In this document: positions 1 to 13,227 of the stretch, piece by piece | Layout: each line of letters opens with the position of its first letter | How positions within the stretch are numbered: position 1 is the stretch's first letter | Source: Octopus bimaculoides | Taxonomy: Eukaryota | DNA: 49,765 bases | Assembly (NCBI RefSeq): GCF_001194135.2 | Contig: NC_068986.1 | Span: 42,871,092-42,920,856, forward strand | Direction of reading: 5' to 3' | Made by a program: the position numbers and the translations under genes | The notes under the pieces: generated by a model | Database searches by the model: none | The model's input: the letters and a program-made list of their open reading frames with translations, nothing else | What the model was told of the DNA's origin: nothing

Positions 1-299
1 AATAAACATTGTCGAACACTAGGACAGATGTTAACCGGCTTTCCGCTCCACTCATACATGGTGTCCTCATGCTTGTATTTAAAAAATGTGGAATGCTGCA
101 AATTTCAGTCGTTATACATGGAGAATTTCAGAGTGAAAACTGTTCAACGAGACACATAAACAGATGAAAATTAACTGAGCTCTCTGCAACGGAGGTTACG
201 TAGCTAAGAAATACCTGAAATTTGTGTGCGGGACATAAATATATAAATAGGCGTCTCCTATTGCTCAGTCCACCACCCGCCACAAGTAAAGGAGAGGGC

Positions 300-722
300 A
301 GAGAAAGAAGCCATAAGTGTCAAAAATATACAGACAAACCCTAAAGCCTTCTACAGACTTGCAAAAACGTCTACTTCAGTGCGGTACAAGATAGGGTCAC
401 TGTTTGAAGAAAATGACTCACCGACTGCAGACTCTTAGCGGATAAGTGAAATACTGAATGTACAATACAAGAATATTTTCGTTACTCTGTTTGGACACTT
501 GCAAATAGCTATGCCTGATGCGAACTTTGGCACCACAGCTTTATACAAAGAGAGGGCAAATATTGATAATGTCGAAATCGAGGAAACTGTTGTAATATCA
601 GCCATTGATGAAATGAGATCAAACTCAGTCACAGACCCTGATAGATTCTCAGCAATCCTCCAAAAGGAATGCAAAAGGGCTCTAGCAAGACTACTACAGA
701 TCCTATTTCAGAGCTTTCTCGC
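300..722 (+). mobile_element. CR1/L2-group LINE ORF2 fragment (region preceding RT), decayed
   Basis: The frame of ORF 499..765 reads KNIQTNPKAFYRLAK...IGSL...*RISEILNVQYKNIF...VVISAIDEMRSNSVTDPDRFSAILQKECKRALARLLQILFQSFL, a typical CR1-type pre-RT segment with one in-frame stop. Confidence 0.75.
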
Positions 723-779
723 AAAAATGATAGACCTATCTCTCCAACCTCCCATGTCAGCATAGTCATGGAACGCGTT

Positions 780-1432
780 TTCAGGAGTAAATTGAAAATG
801 ACTTCCTCCCTGACACCCAACATAACTTCTGCTCAAGAAGGAGATGCATTACTTCATTCTCTGACCTTTGGGCTTCATAAACTTCTTAATCTTGCATGAC
901 TTCATCTTTTCAAATTCTTTCTTGTACGATTTTTTCTAGATCTTGTTGGATTCTCTTTCTATCATCATCTCTGGTTATTCTCTTAAGTAATGAAGATAAC
1001 CTTTCTCTGATTTCATTATTTAGTTAATATTTTTTCCAACAGTTATAATGGATCCTTTCACGGATGAAAGCATTTTCTGCCCTTTCCGCTACTCTTCGAG
1101 CTTTATATGAATCCACTGGTGTCATTGCATTCAAGCCAGGTAGTATTAGCTTTGGGTCTCTACATTTACACAGGAAAGTTAGATGGTTTGAAAGACGAGC
1201 TAGTTTCTGATGGAGTTTCTCTGTATGTCTCCATTGAAGTCTAATGTCGGCTCCGTACCGATTAAATAATACAGTTTTCCGTGATGAGGAATTATGTACA
1301 TTATTTACACTCGACGGATATTTATCCCCATCTTGTTTGTTGTTAACACAACGTTTCGGCTTATGTACTCACGAGCCGAAACGTTGTATTAACAAGAAAA
1401 CAAGATGAGGACAAATATCCCTCGAATGTAAA
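780..1432 (-). mobile_element. Penelope-like element 5' fragment with inverted terminal (pLTR-like) repeat
   Basis: Minus 1260->1025 reads RYGADIRLQWRHTEKLHQKLARLSNHLTFLCKCRDPKLILPGLNAMTPVDSYKARRVAERAENAFIRERI, resembling PLE ORF N-termini. It is preceded by a GCCGAAACGTTG-containing repeat that is present in both orientations (1304-1361 and 1374-1432). Confidence 0.65.
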
Positions 1433-1503
1433 ACAAAAAGTGGATATGATATATATTGATTTTGAGAAGGCTTTTGATAAAGTTCATCATGGGATGTGTC
1501 ACA
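1433..1503 (+). mobile_element. CR1-type reverse transcriptase motif fragment
   Basis: 1440-1502 translates VDMIYIDFEKAFDKVHHGMCH (the DFxKAFD RT motif). Probably a continuation of the LINE at 300-722. Confidence 0.7.
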
Positions 1504-1504
1504 A

Positions 1505-2343
1505 GAGTTGTCATGTTGAAAAAACATGCGGTGTTGTCTTTCATTTTGCAGGGGATTAGGAAGAGATAATCCTATCAAACGCAGATCATTGCCGTCTGTG
1601 GATATAGTTTTGGCTTGGCCTGAGGTGTTGCTTATCGGTGGGACTCAGCTTTTCTGTCCGCTGCTTCATATTGCGTAAAGACACGTTTTTTCAACACTAG
1701 TGACTATGCGGTAAAGAAATCTTTGTCCACAAGTAGCCTGGTGTCGAGCGAGCAAACTGGCGGCTATAGAGATGCGTTGGAGTTTGTTGCTTTTGTTCAG
1801 AGCGTGTGGCACCTTTGCATCGATGTTTTGGACCTTATGCTTCAAGTGAAGGTGACGGGTAACGGTGTCAGCAAAAGTATTAGCAATGATATTATACGAG
1901 CATTCCATTTGCTGGGCCAATTTCTGAGGGGCATGACGCGGATTCTCATAGATGTTTAAAAGATCCTCACTGAACTGAATAACTCGGTTGGAACGTGGAG
2001 ACTCTGTGAGGCCGAATTTCCCATCCTTGAAGCGTAAAAATCATTTCTATGCAGTTTTTGTTTTAGTAGTAGCATCTTTTTCGTATATAGAACAATGTTT
2101 AAACATATTTGGCAACTTTGGAATCTTAAATGAAAGCAAAGAAAAGCAGGTGTTCAAAACGTTCATTTTCTTTCTGCTGCGCACTACGTCGACATTTATT
2201 TGAAATTATTTCAAAAATAATAAACAAAAACTATTGAGGAAGAACAAAACTACAAAAATCCCCATGAAACGTAAGATAAATACATTTTTCGTTTTAATTC
2301 AAATAACATTTGATAGAAACGAACGAATTTATCTGACAACCTA
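1505..2343 (-). mobile_element. Mariner transposon remnant (internally deleted, multiple stops and frameshifts)
   Basis: Minus strand gives ERFEHLLFFAF, FLRFKDGKFGLTESPRS, YENPRHAPQKLAQQMECS, KVPHALNKSNKLQRISIAASLLARH, RFLYRIVTSVEKTCLY (IVTGDEKW-like) and FFQHDN. TIR-like TAGGTTGTCAGATAAATTCG at the 2343 end. Confidence 0.8.
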
Positions 2344-2365
2344 GCACACACTCACACACACTTAT

Positions 2366-2380
2366 ATGTATGTATGTATG

Positions 2381-2414
<34 letters not shown>

Positions 2415-2488
2415 TGTATGTATGTATGTATGTACGTGCGTACGTACGTACGTACGTACGTACGTATGTATGTATGTATGTATGTACG
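2366..2488. repeat. (ATGT)n/(ACGT)n tetranucleotide microsatellite
   Basis: Read directly from the sequence. Confidence 0.95.
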
Positions 2489-2749
2489 TACGTATATCTT
2501 ATTGTCTTTATATTTACTACTACATTTTCCAATGTGTCATTTCCTAACTCAAAATTGCAGGGTATGAGTTGAGGGAAATTTGGATGCCATTTCTTGCAGG
2601 TCGAGCTACTGCTGGAAAGCCTTCCTTCGTTGAGTCGAAGTAACTTTGCTGGTTTCTGTGAATCACCACATTAGTTAGTCATGGTCGAAGAAAATATGAT
2701 GTAAGACGTTCCAATTGTGACTATCTTATCGTACAGGAACTATATTCTT

Positions 2750-2959
2750 TTCTACTATAGGCACAAGGCCCAAAAGTTTGGAGGAGTGGGCCAGTCAATT
2801 AGATCGATCCCAGTACAGAACTGGTACTTAATTTATCGACCCTGAAAGGAAGAAAGGCAAAGTCGACCTCGGCGGAATTTAAACTCAGGACGTAAAGACA
2901 GACGAAATACTGCTGAGCATTTTGCCCGGCGTGCTAACGTCTCTGCCAGCTCGCGCCTT
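2750..2959 (-). mobile_element. tRNA-derived SINE, type A (octopus-like; GGTCGATAAATTAAGTACCAG core)
   Basis: Reverse complement reads AAGGCGCGAGCTGGCAGAGACGTTAGCACGCCGGGCAAAATGCTCAGC...GAGTTTAAATTCCGCCGAGGTCGACTTTGCC. Near-identical copies at 9181, 29681 and 43128. Confidence 0.85.
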
Positions 2960-2968
2960 TATCTTATC

Positions 2969-3068
2969 AATAATGATGATGGTAATGATGACGATAGTGC
3001 TTGATGATGATGATGATGATAAGGAGGAGGAGGAGGTTTTTAATGATATTGATAATAATAACAACAAT
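2969..3068. repeat. Trinucleotide low-complexity tract (GAT/GAG/AAT/AAC)
   Basis: Read directly from the sequence. Confidence 0.8.
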
Positions 3069-3160
3069 ATGTGTTTGCGTATGTGTGTATAGGTGAGCAT
3101 TATGCTGTGATAAGTTATTAATGCGAACTGTATGTCTTTTTTTTTCTCTTTTCAATGGAG

Positions 3161-3320
3161 TCTGGAACCGAGATAACATCAAGTAGCAGGTATACTCTTA
3201 CGAATGGCCGATTAACTATCAGCGATCCACAAGCAGCTTTTGACGAAGGTTATTTCCAGTGTAGTGCAGAGAATGATTTCGGTCGTGTATTAGGAAACCC
3301 CGTTCAAATTACGTTCGGAA
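3161..3320 (+). CDS. CNTN: Contactin-like exon A (Ig1 C-terminal half): [53 protein letters not shown]
   Basis: T-rich tract at 3133-3153, first AG at 3159-3160 (GAG, weak, so the start is uncertain). Donor A|GTAAGT at 3321, phase 1. DEGYFQC Ig motif. Confidence 0.85.
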
Positions 3321-3394
3321 GTAAGTAAATAATGAAATAAGAAAGTTAATTATAAACAATGTTGCACATTTTTGTATGTGAAATATGCGACATA

Positions 3395-3449
<55 letters not shown>

Positions 3450-6400
3450 GCGTGTGTGTGTATGTGAATAATGTGCATCATACGTGTGTGTGTGAATAAT
3501 GTGCATCATACGTCCATAAGAGAGGACCTCTCAAGATGAATACCGCAGTGCTCGGCGTTCTAACAAAACGTTCTCATTAAGTTAGATATAAAGATTGCTT
3601 TTTGTAATCAATATTGCTTTTGTTGTGAAAAATTATGTGCAGCCAACGAGTGCAGTCTCGCTCAGTTCATGTGTTTATCTCGTTGTGGCAACATACCTCT
3701 TGTGTTTTTCCCAGTGATTTTGTTTAGATTTGTGCATTTTTTGCTATTATTTTATGATAATTAGTTGTGTTAGCCATGAATCCTAAGAATGCTAGTTCAA
3801 AGGACAGTGCTGAGAAAAAGAAAACGCTGATTACGATAGAACAGAAGAAGGAAATCATTGATGAACGTGAGATTGAAATGCGTGTAGTGGACATAGCACG
3901 TCAATACGACCGAAGCACGTCGACGATCTACACTATCCTGAAGAAAAAGGACGAGATCAAAGCTGTAACAACAGAAAAGGGTGTCTCCAGGCTCTCTAAG
4001 CAACGCACATCTGCCCATGAAAGGATGAAAAAATTGCTTCTCCTGTAGATCAACGAGAAGTGACTCGCAAGGGATACGATTACGGAGACCATCATCTGTG
4101 AGAAAGCACGGGCGGTGTATGGAGATCTCTTGAAGCAGAACCCTGGAGCATCGATGTAGGATACATTAGCAGATGCATTTAAGGCCAGTCGTGGTTGGCT
4201 TGATAATTTCAAGAAGTGGACTGGTGTTCATAGTGTCATCAGGTATGGAGAAGCTGCGAGTTCTGACACAGCTGAAGATTTCGTGCGTGAATTCCGTCAG
4301 TTCATCGCAGCCGAGGGGTATATCGTACAACAGGTATTAAAATGTGCTACGCTGATGATCCTGCGGATATTTGCTTGTGTAAATATTAACAGGTGAAACC
4401 ATTGGTATGTAGATAATCGTTTTTTATTTCTTATATTTTCATCCGTCTTGCCCTTTTACAGTCTGGTGTCTTGCTGAAATGTTTTTTGTTGAGAACATAT
4501 TCTTCGTGGTTAGGTGATTTGGCATCTATTTCAAGCACATAGGAGTCCACTTTTGGCGGCCATTCCTCTTAATCTTGTATGTAATATAATTATAATAAGT
4601 CTGGCTACATGGAGTAAATAAAATCATAACATGAACGATTAAATATAAGAAATAATAATTTCTTAAAGTATGTGTTAATCCCCATGTATCCAGACTATAT
4701 TTACTGACCTGGGGTTAAACTCCAGCAACGAATTTGCTCTCTATATCTGCATTACAATTCGATTAACTTAATAATCTGAACACTGCTGATGCGATTTAAG
4801 ATACCATATATGTATTCAGTTCTGTTCGTATATACATAAATACATGCATCAAATAAGGACTTTTCAGCAGAATCCGGAAACTACAAGATAATAAAACTAT
4901 CATGTATACTTCGCACTTAGTACTTAAAATTAAGAACTGGGTTTCTCATAGCGCCTAGCTACAGTGAAAACATATCGGGAATAGAAAGTTAATTGTGTTT
5001 GCCAAGCACAAACATGAAAATAACAGCAGTAACAGCGGAGGAGTACTAATTCCTTGGTCAATGGATAACCTATGTATCGTCTTTTACATTCTATCACAAA
5101 TAGTTATTCCCTCTAAAAAGATCATTTAATTTGAAAGAATAAATAGAAAATGTGACATATTTTCCAGACTTAATAACGTCAGTTTTTGGCTGGTGTTTTT
5201 GTTGAGTTTGTTTGGTATGATTTACCACTGTTTTTAATGTTGATTCATTCGAAAAGTAGAATAGCCAAGTTGACTTACTGAGCAACATAATACCATATTT
5301 ATAATTTATATTAGATTTTAGACATTTATTCAAACACACATAAGGAAACATCTTATTGATTTTATCTCGAAAAGTAATGGAAAATAAGTAGACTAAAGTT
5401 ATTGACAGAATGGAAACTGGAAATTTTCAGATAATGGGTCCTTTATAGTTAGAGAGACATTCACCAACCAAAACCCCATCTAGTCTTTATATCCTGCATA
5501 CTATGTTTGGCGAAACCTTATAATGTGAGTGATTTTCATGTTATAATAGCATTATTTGTGACGGATACGTTTCTTTAAGTGAAAACATCCTTAAAAATGA
5601 GTTCAAATATTTCAGTTTCTCAAGTGTTACCTCAAAGACTGCTGCTGTTGTAGTTGCTGTCGTTTATCATCCAAGTCAACCATAATGGAGCAGACATATT
5701 ATCAGAGACATTTAAGAAATGACCATCGCATCTTTTTTTCATGCATCGTGTACGCGAACTACATATTCTAGTGTGTCCTATATTTAGGACGGCAAAATGT
5801 AATTTACGGGAGATTGGCTGCTGTTTCTACGGACCACCGTAGTATCTCCCTCGTTGACTGAGTTTTATCGTTGTTGTTGTTTATTCCAAGATCAGAAAAT
5901 TTCGAGCAGACCCATAATAAAATGTATTCCTTTAGTGACTACCTCATATTATTTCTCATGTACTGTGCATCTATACACGATGAATTCTATGTTTTAAAGA
6001 TTGTAAAGTGTCGCATGAGGAAATATGGCAACTATCTTTTGCAGATCGAGTGACAAAGTAAAGGTTTCGTTGTAGGATTAGTATGCAATGGATATGATTT
6101 TATTGGGGGGGGGGAGGATTCTAATGTTTAAAGTATTACCATCGTATATTATATAAAATACCTCATCTTCAAACTGATTTGATATGGTTAACGTTTCTTA
6201 CCAGTTAAAAGCATTAACAAGTTATTTCTTTGATATTTAAATTAAGTGACGTTGGAAATTGTATGAAATAATTTCAAACATAAACACTGTAAGGTAGAGT
6301 TTACTAATCACAGGCATGCTTAGGTTAATAACTCTGAGAATACATGTAAATAATGATGTATAAATTTCTGGAGTGAGGTGGTGATACATGACTAAGGGAA

Positions 6401-9400
6401 GTTTTGTTGTAAGCAAGCTTTTAATGTTTAATGATATTTAGAGAGTGAAATGTATTTTGCTAATGTTTTAACTGAGTCATGAGAAGTTAATAAGTTCAAT
6501 ATATCCACTGACAGAATTAGATTTAATAAAGATTAATGCAACAGATTTGATAATGTGGTCTGTAAATTTAGTTCTAAGGGTAAATAAAGTAACATATTCA
6601 TTTGTTATAGTATTTAATATTTTGGATATTTTTAGAAATAATTACCAAAGTGTTTATTTTTTAAGACAGAAATTGTTTTAATCTATTTAACTAGCATACA
6701 TTTGTTTCTAAAACAAACACCAATATTATGGCTACTTGAACATTCAATTATCAAAGATATGTATGAAACAAAAAACAAGCATGACTGTTCTCTAGTATGT
6801 TTTATTGTGAAATCTATTTTAAATAATATATTTTTTGCAACAATCACAAAAGAATAAGGTAATCTAATTTGACATGTGGCATGTTACATTGAACAAAAAA
6901 AAATTAAATTAAATTAAAGGACTGAACTGTTATAACATTCAAAGAATTAAGGGAAGGTTTTGCTTACCCTTATTGCAAACTGATGTTCAGCAGGTGAATA
7001 TTTAATTTGCTTTGAACGAAAACTCAAAGAAAAAATAATAAAATAATGTATAAGTAATTTAAGAAATAATATCAGAAAAAAATTTCTTTGCAAAGTTTTC
7101 TTTGTTCTTTATTATAGCGCTCGGTGAATTTTCAAACGTTCGACCTGAAGCAGTCCATGTGAAGGCCTATGAATTTGCAATCCTTATATGCAGTGAAATC
7201 AGATATAAACCACGTAAGTTTTCCCACAAAGAAAGCCGTCTTTAATTTATAGATTGTTTTATCTCCATTTGAAGTATCTAAGAGGTAAAGGAACCGGCTA
7301 TAAACAATTACTCCTTTTATTACATTCAGTCAGATTCTTGATTTCATATAAACAGCACGTAAAACTAGAACCTATACCTAAATGGTTCTCAAAGTGACAA
7401 ATTGCTAGATACCAACAATAAGTGAAATATTTAGCACTCCCACCTTCGTTATCAATGAGAAAAAAAAATTAGATATTCTATACATACAATTTTTGTTTCT
7501 AGAGGGCCCTACCTTGCCCGAATTAAAGTTATAAAACATATTAATTTGGATCTTTTCCTTTTGGCCGGCACATAGAAAAAATAATTTTTTTGTAACTAAA
7601 CACTTTCAAATTTCGTATACTGGTAGAATGTATCATTTAAAACATCATTTACTCTTGGCGTTTTTAAGAAAATGGTTTATTTTTGAAGTTATTTCGTGTT
7701 AAAGTTGTCGTATTTCGGTAATTTCAACCAATCAATGACGTCTATTGAGGTGAAAACAATCACTGCTGTGGTTTGTTAACAAGACGTTCTGGCGGTGTAA
7801 ATTTACTTTGTCACTGTTATTTCTGATATATTTACATTTGAGATACACGTGTATATAGTTTAATCAATTCAGTTATTAGTTATTTAAAAAAAAAATTCGG
7901 TTTATTTTGTTTGTGGAAGTATTTTCGTTTTGTTTTAGTTTTTTCGAAATTGCCTATTTTGGGATCTTTTCCCTTGAATAAAATTACTGCCGTTGTTTGT
8001 CAACAACAACTATCGGCGGTATATATTTCGTTTGTCACTGTTATTTATGACATCGTTCGTGCGTTTGTACTGGTTTTAGCTTTAGGGTTTTAGGATCAGG
8101 GTTAGGGTTTTAGGGTTAGGGATAGGGTTTTAGAGTTAGGGATAGGGTTTTAGGGTTAGGTTAAGATGATGAGGGAGGATGGGTTTTAAAAAAATATGGA
8201 AAATCCCTGAAAAAATTATTCCAACAAATTTCTTTATAATCATAATCTTTGCTGTTTGAAAGAGATTTGTATAAATTTTCATTAAAAGATACCCATCTTC
8301 CTGAAAGTTACAAGGGAAAGAGGTCAGGTCATGTGAATTTTCCAAAACTCCTCTCTCCACCCCCTCGAATACACACACAGTAGAACCCATTCACACACAC
8401 ACACGCGCACACACACATATAGACTGCATACATACGTGCATATAGCTTATGCGTGTAGTCAAATAGAACCGCATTTATATTGTTTGTTCTTTAATAAATG
8501 CAAATCATTAATATATTAATACATAAAAATACTGAGATTAATCTATTAATCTATCAATCTATCCGAGAATGTTTACAAAAAAACATTAAGTTAAACAAAT
8601 TTATATGTACATGTTTAATTGATTTTAATGTGACACGGTCTTCATTTTTTATTGAACACCCACAAAAGGAATCACCTACCAATGGGTTAAAGGAGAGGCT
8701 GAGAATTTTGTTCGACCTACTAAACAGAAATACATGTTCATATCTTCAAACGGACGTTTGTATTTTTCGGAAGTTTCTACCGCCGATTTTGGGGTGTACC
8801 GTTGTCTGGTGAAACTGACGTCAGCTGTCAACAGCATAATGGAGATTGATCAGCCCCCAAGCCGAATAAGTTTACCGATACCCTTGGTTGTTTCGTTTGC
8901 ATGTAAGTAATACATTTTATCAAGACTGATTTCAGAAATTATTGTTGGAAACAAAATGATAATTTTACACAAATATACATACACTATTCGTTCTCTATTA
9001 TTAGGCATTTATTCCTTTACTCTGTTTAAAACTATAAACTGTTTCTTCTCTTGTTTCCTTTAGTTTTGTTTTAGCTAATTCAGCATTATTTTGTAATAAC
9101 TTATTAACCAATAAATTTTAATTTAAGAGAAATTCGTAGTCACAAACAGTTTAAGAGCCAATATAAATATCTTATAATATTCTTTTCTAATCTACGCACA
9201 AGGCCCGACATTTTGGGGGAGGGGGCCAGTCGATTAGATCGACCCCAGGACGCAACTGGTACTTAATTTATCGACCTTGAAAGGAGGAAAGGCAAAGTCG
9301 ATCTCGGCGGAATTTGAACTCAGAACGTAAAGACAGACGGAATTCCGCTAATCATTTCGCCCGGCGTGCGAAAGTTTCTGTCAGCTCGCCGCCTTAAATG

Positions 9401-12400
9401 TCTTATAGCATTGAAATACCACTTCTATATTATGATATCACTTATTAACGGAGAGGCTTTACGTTTTCTTTTTGCAAGATTGTTTTTTTTTAAAGAACCG
9501 ATAATAATACATCAATTTTTATCATGTATAGCCCAATCTGTGCGAGGTTTGGCCTTACAACTAATCAATATTTTGCGGTTATTGTTTAATCCTAAATAAT
9601 TCCAGATAGATGAACATTCTAACTTGATAAAAAACATTTTAGCCTTAATATTTCTAAAAAAAAGGGATGGGAGAGATTGAGATTTGAAAAATAATACTGT
9701 ATATAATTTCTAACTCGTTGAGAAAGACTAGAAGCTCAGAGTTCTTTTCCTCGAATTGTGTGCAGGGCAATTGCTGTGACTCTGAAGACATCCATCACCG
9801 TAATAATTTGCAGTTTTCAAGGTGATAGGTACTGACCATACGTATCAGGTCTCCATGGCGTACATCTTTTCTTCGATATCCCCATTGTAAGTTAGGATCA
9901 ACGTTAAAATCGAACCGGACTTTCAAAAGAAGGATTCTGTACGAAAACCAGATTGATGGGCTGCCTGTGTTGTAGCATGAGATTTTGGCGGTAGAAACAC
10001 GCATCAACATGAACAACATCGACGTCACGCATCTTTGATTTCAGTACGTCTACAGTCAAAGTTGGATGGATTGCCTTTTTACTAGCTTTTGTTTTTGTTT
10101 AGTCACATATCAGCACTAATCGGAAGGCTTAATCTGAAGGATCAAAGGGATTCTAACACTAGTCATTCCTTTGTTCTGTATATTTATGAACTTGTTTAAT
10201 GCGCCCTTCTTTTTTTAAGAATGTAGTGTGTGATTCTAAGAAACATTTGGATGTTATTTCCTGTAGATCGAGAGATCATGTAGCTGACTTCCTCGAGTAC
10301 TTAAGTGACCGCAATCATCTTTAACTGAAATAGGCGTTCGGTCGTCACCATTTAACTGACTGCCTGTGTTTTGAGTCAGATCCCATTTGTGTCAGCAGCA
10401 GCGGCTTTTGCTATCATTGTTTGATTACCTTGCCGTTATGGGTACGAACAATGTGGTATTATAACCGGAACAACATGGGTAGACATACTTTCTATCTCAC
10501 TAACGTTGGCTAGTTGTTGTTGTTGATGATGATGATGATGATGCGTTTTGCTTTTGTAGAGGGGGGTCATGTGGTTGGTGTCCCACACGTTAGATGAGAT
10601 GCGAGCGTCCCGGTGGCGGCAAACGATCGACACAAAACCGTGTGAATCAAACTGTTTAATTAAATTTCTATCTTTATACACCTAAGAGGTTAACTTGGTC
10701 TTGGTGAGATGATTCCATGTTTTGCTTTCAGCTGTTTTTGCATACGTTCACTATACCTTGTAAAAATATTCAAATATAGCAAAATTCAATAAAATGTTTG
10801 GTCTTGGCAGCGAAAACAGTAAACATATCTCTCTATGAATTATAATATAGAGTTTTATCCTTGTACATTCCAACTTCGCATTTTCATTGGAATTAATAAA
10901 ATAAATATTAGTTATATACAGTATAACCATTGTTTATAATATTTTACCTGGGAGTAGTCGTTTTGGCTATCCCTAGATGAAAATTATTGTCTCCTCTGTG
11001 CTGTAGATTTACTGATAGCCAAATAACGAATTTCTTGCGTAAATTATTTTCGCATTAGACACAAATAATGATCATCATTGGAAATATTGGATGACTATAG
11101 CCACCAGCAGGCAAGGCACTCAACAAAGAACTTTTTAGAACTCTATTCTTCAAGATGTTCAATTTTTCTTTCTACTTTTATGATTTTCACTTTGGGTTGT
11201 CTGTCTCCAGTTTTTTCCAGTTTTGCCCAGTTTCTCTGATTATATTTCAATAGGTATTTTAAGGGTTGTAGGGTCGTTGCTGCCGTTCTTTTACAGTTTT
11301 CTTTTTTCCAGTCTGAAATAAAAGACACGTCTTGGAAAGTATGGACTAATCTGTACATTTGAGTTGGCAAATGACAGCAGTTACTTCAGTGCTTTTATTT
11401 GTTTCTTTTTTACTTAGATAAGGTCACTGATCATCGTCCGAATGAACCAGCCAAGCTGATTTTAAGAATATTCCAAAGATAGCGCACAAGAAAACGTTCC
11501 AAACTTTTCAGAGGTCTGCAATCGGTTGTCAACACTTCAAATCTGTAGTAAAGAATTGAACAGCTATGGCCTTGCAAACAATTATTAATGTATGGCTTCT
11601 GAGTTCTAACTTGTTAAATATTCAGGTTTAAAATGGTACTCTAGAGCGAAATATATACAGGAGTCTGATGTCTATAGATGAAGATAAGTGCAAAATCTGA
11701 GTCCTCTGGATTAGAGGGTATTTGCGCACAATAAAACAGAACCCGTGTTGTTGTTACTGTTAGTTAACCTCAGGTTAGTGTTAATTGTTACAACAAAGAC
11801 CTTCCTAACGTTTTGTATTTCCAGAATTATATGTATCCAAAATGCCAAAATAGTCTTTCTTTTGTTAAGACAGTAGCGTGTAATTTTAAACGAATATAAT
11901 TGCTATTCTGAGTGGTTGATTAGAAACCCTTGCATTAGATTCAGAAACCTGTTTTTCCTCGGTGTTTTAGAATGATAGGCAATGTAATCTCAGCAAGTCT
12001 ACCTAGTACATTTTTACTAAAAGACTTAGTGTCTAAACAACATAAGTTATTTTTCCATCATAGCGACACAAGTTGTAATAACTTTCTTAGGAAGGTTATT
12101 AGACAGTTTGTATAAGTTATCTTATATTAACTGACAGATGCTGAACATATTCAAATAAGATATTCTCAAAAAAAGGAAGAGAAAGAAAACTGTGAGAACA
12201 GAAAATCTGCTCAGAAATGTCAATTTTACGAATACGTCACCTTATATATTGCTGCTTTGCCTCAGGTCAGCGCTAACCGAACAGACCTATAATGTAAAAG
12301 ATTCTAGAACTATGCCATCTCTCATATTTTTTCAACATGCATTTCCTTTTCTAAGACAAGAGAAGGGAATTTATGGAAACTTCGGCTGGCGTTTTTAGTA

Positions 12401-12801
12401 GGACAAATGAGCCACGTATTGTTTCTTTTATTGATTCGTGTATCATTATGTAGGTTCGTTAAGTAGGTTAAAAGAAGGCTCATAAAATAGTCTTGTTCTT
12501 GACCCACTTTGCATCGTAAATGATGCAAATTCACTTACAATAAAAACAAACTTACGGCAATACTTATAACTTTCCTGTAAAGTGGTATGAATATCTAAAT
12601 CCTTTTACCTGTCTATTTAAATTTAATAAATCATACCTAAATAAGAAATCAATATACATGATTCCTTCTAAAGATTGTAGAGTACTACAGGAACATTTTA
12701 CATTTATAAACGACTTGCATGTATACATACGTATGCATGTATATTTCTTTATAAGTAGATATTTATGCATGTATGCACGAATGTATCTGTGTATGTGTGG
12801 A

Positions 12802-12839
<38 letters not shown>

Positions 12840-13171
12840 AAGTGAGGAAGAGAAGGATTCTGAGAAAGAGAGAGTACGAGAGAGAGAGAGAGAGAGAGAG
12901 GAGGAGGAAGAGAAGGATCCCGAGGGAGAGAAAGAATAAGGATCTATCCAGAACAACCGACGGGATACTCGGAACGAATTGCATAGGTTGCTTTACATTT
13001 ATACATGAATCTGTGGCTGTGTGATAAGAAGCTTACTTCCCGGCCATATGGTTCCGGATTCAGTCCCACTGAATAGCAGAAGACACCTTAGGCAGGTGAC
13101 TTCTGCTATAGCCCCGGGACGACCAAAGCCTTGTGAGAGGAATTGGCAGATGGAAACTGAAAGAAGCCCGT

Positions 13172-13227
<56 letters not shown>

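Noticed and set aside
3767-4345. Possible domesticated TIGD/CENP-B-like gene
   Set aside because: Several in-frame stops and truncation before the first catalytic Asp indicate a neutral fossil.
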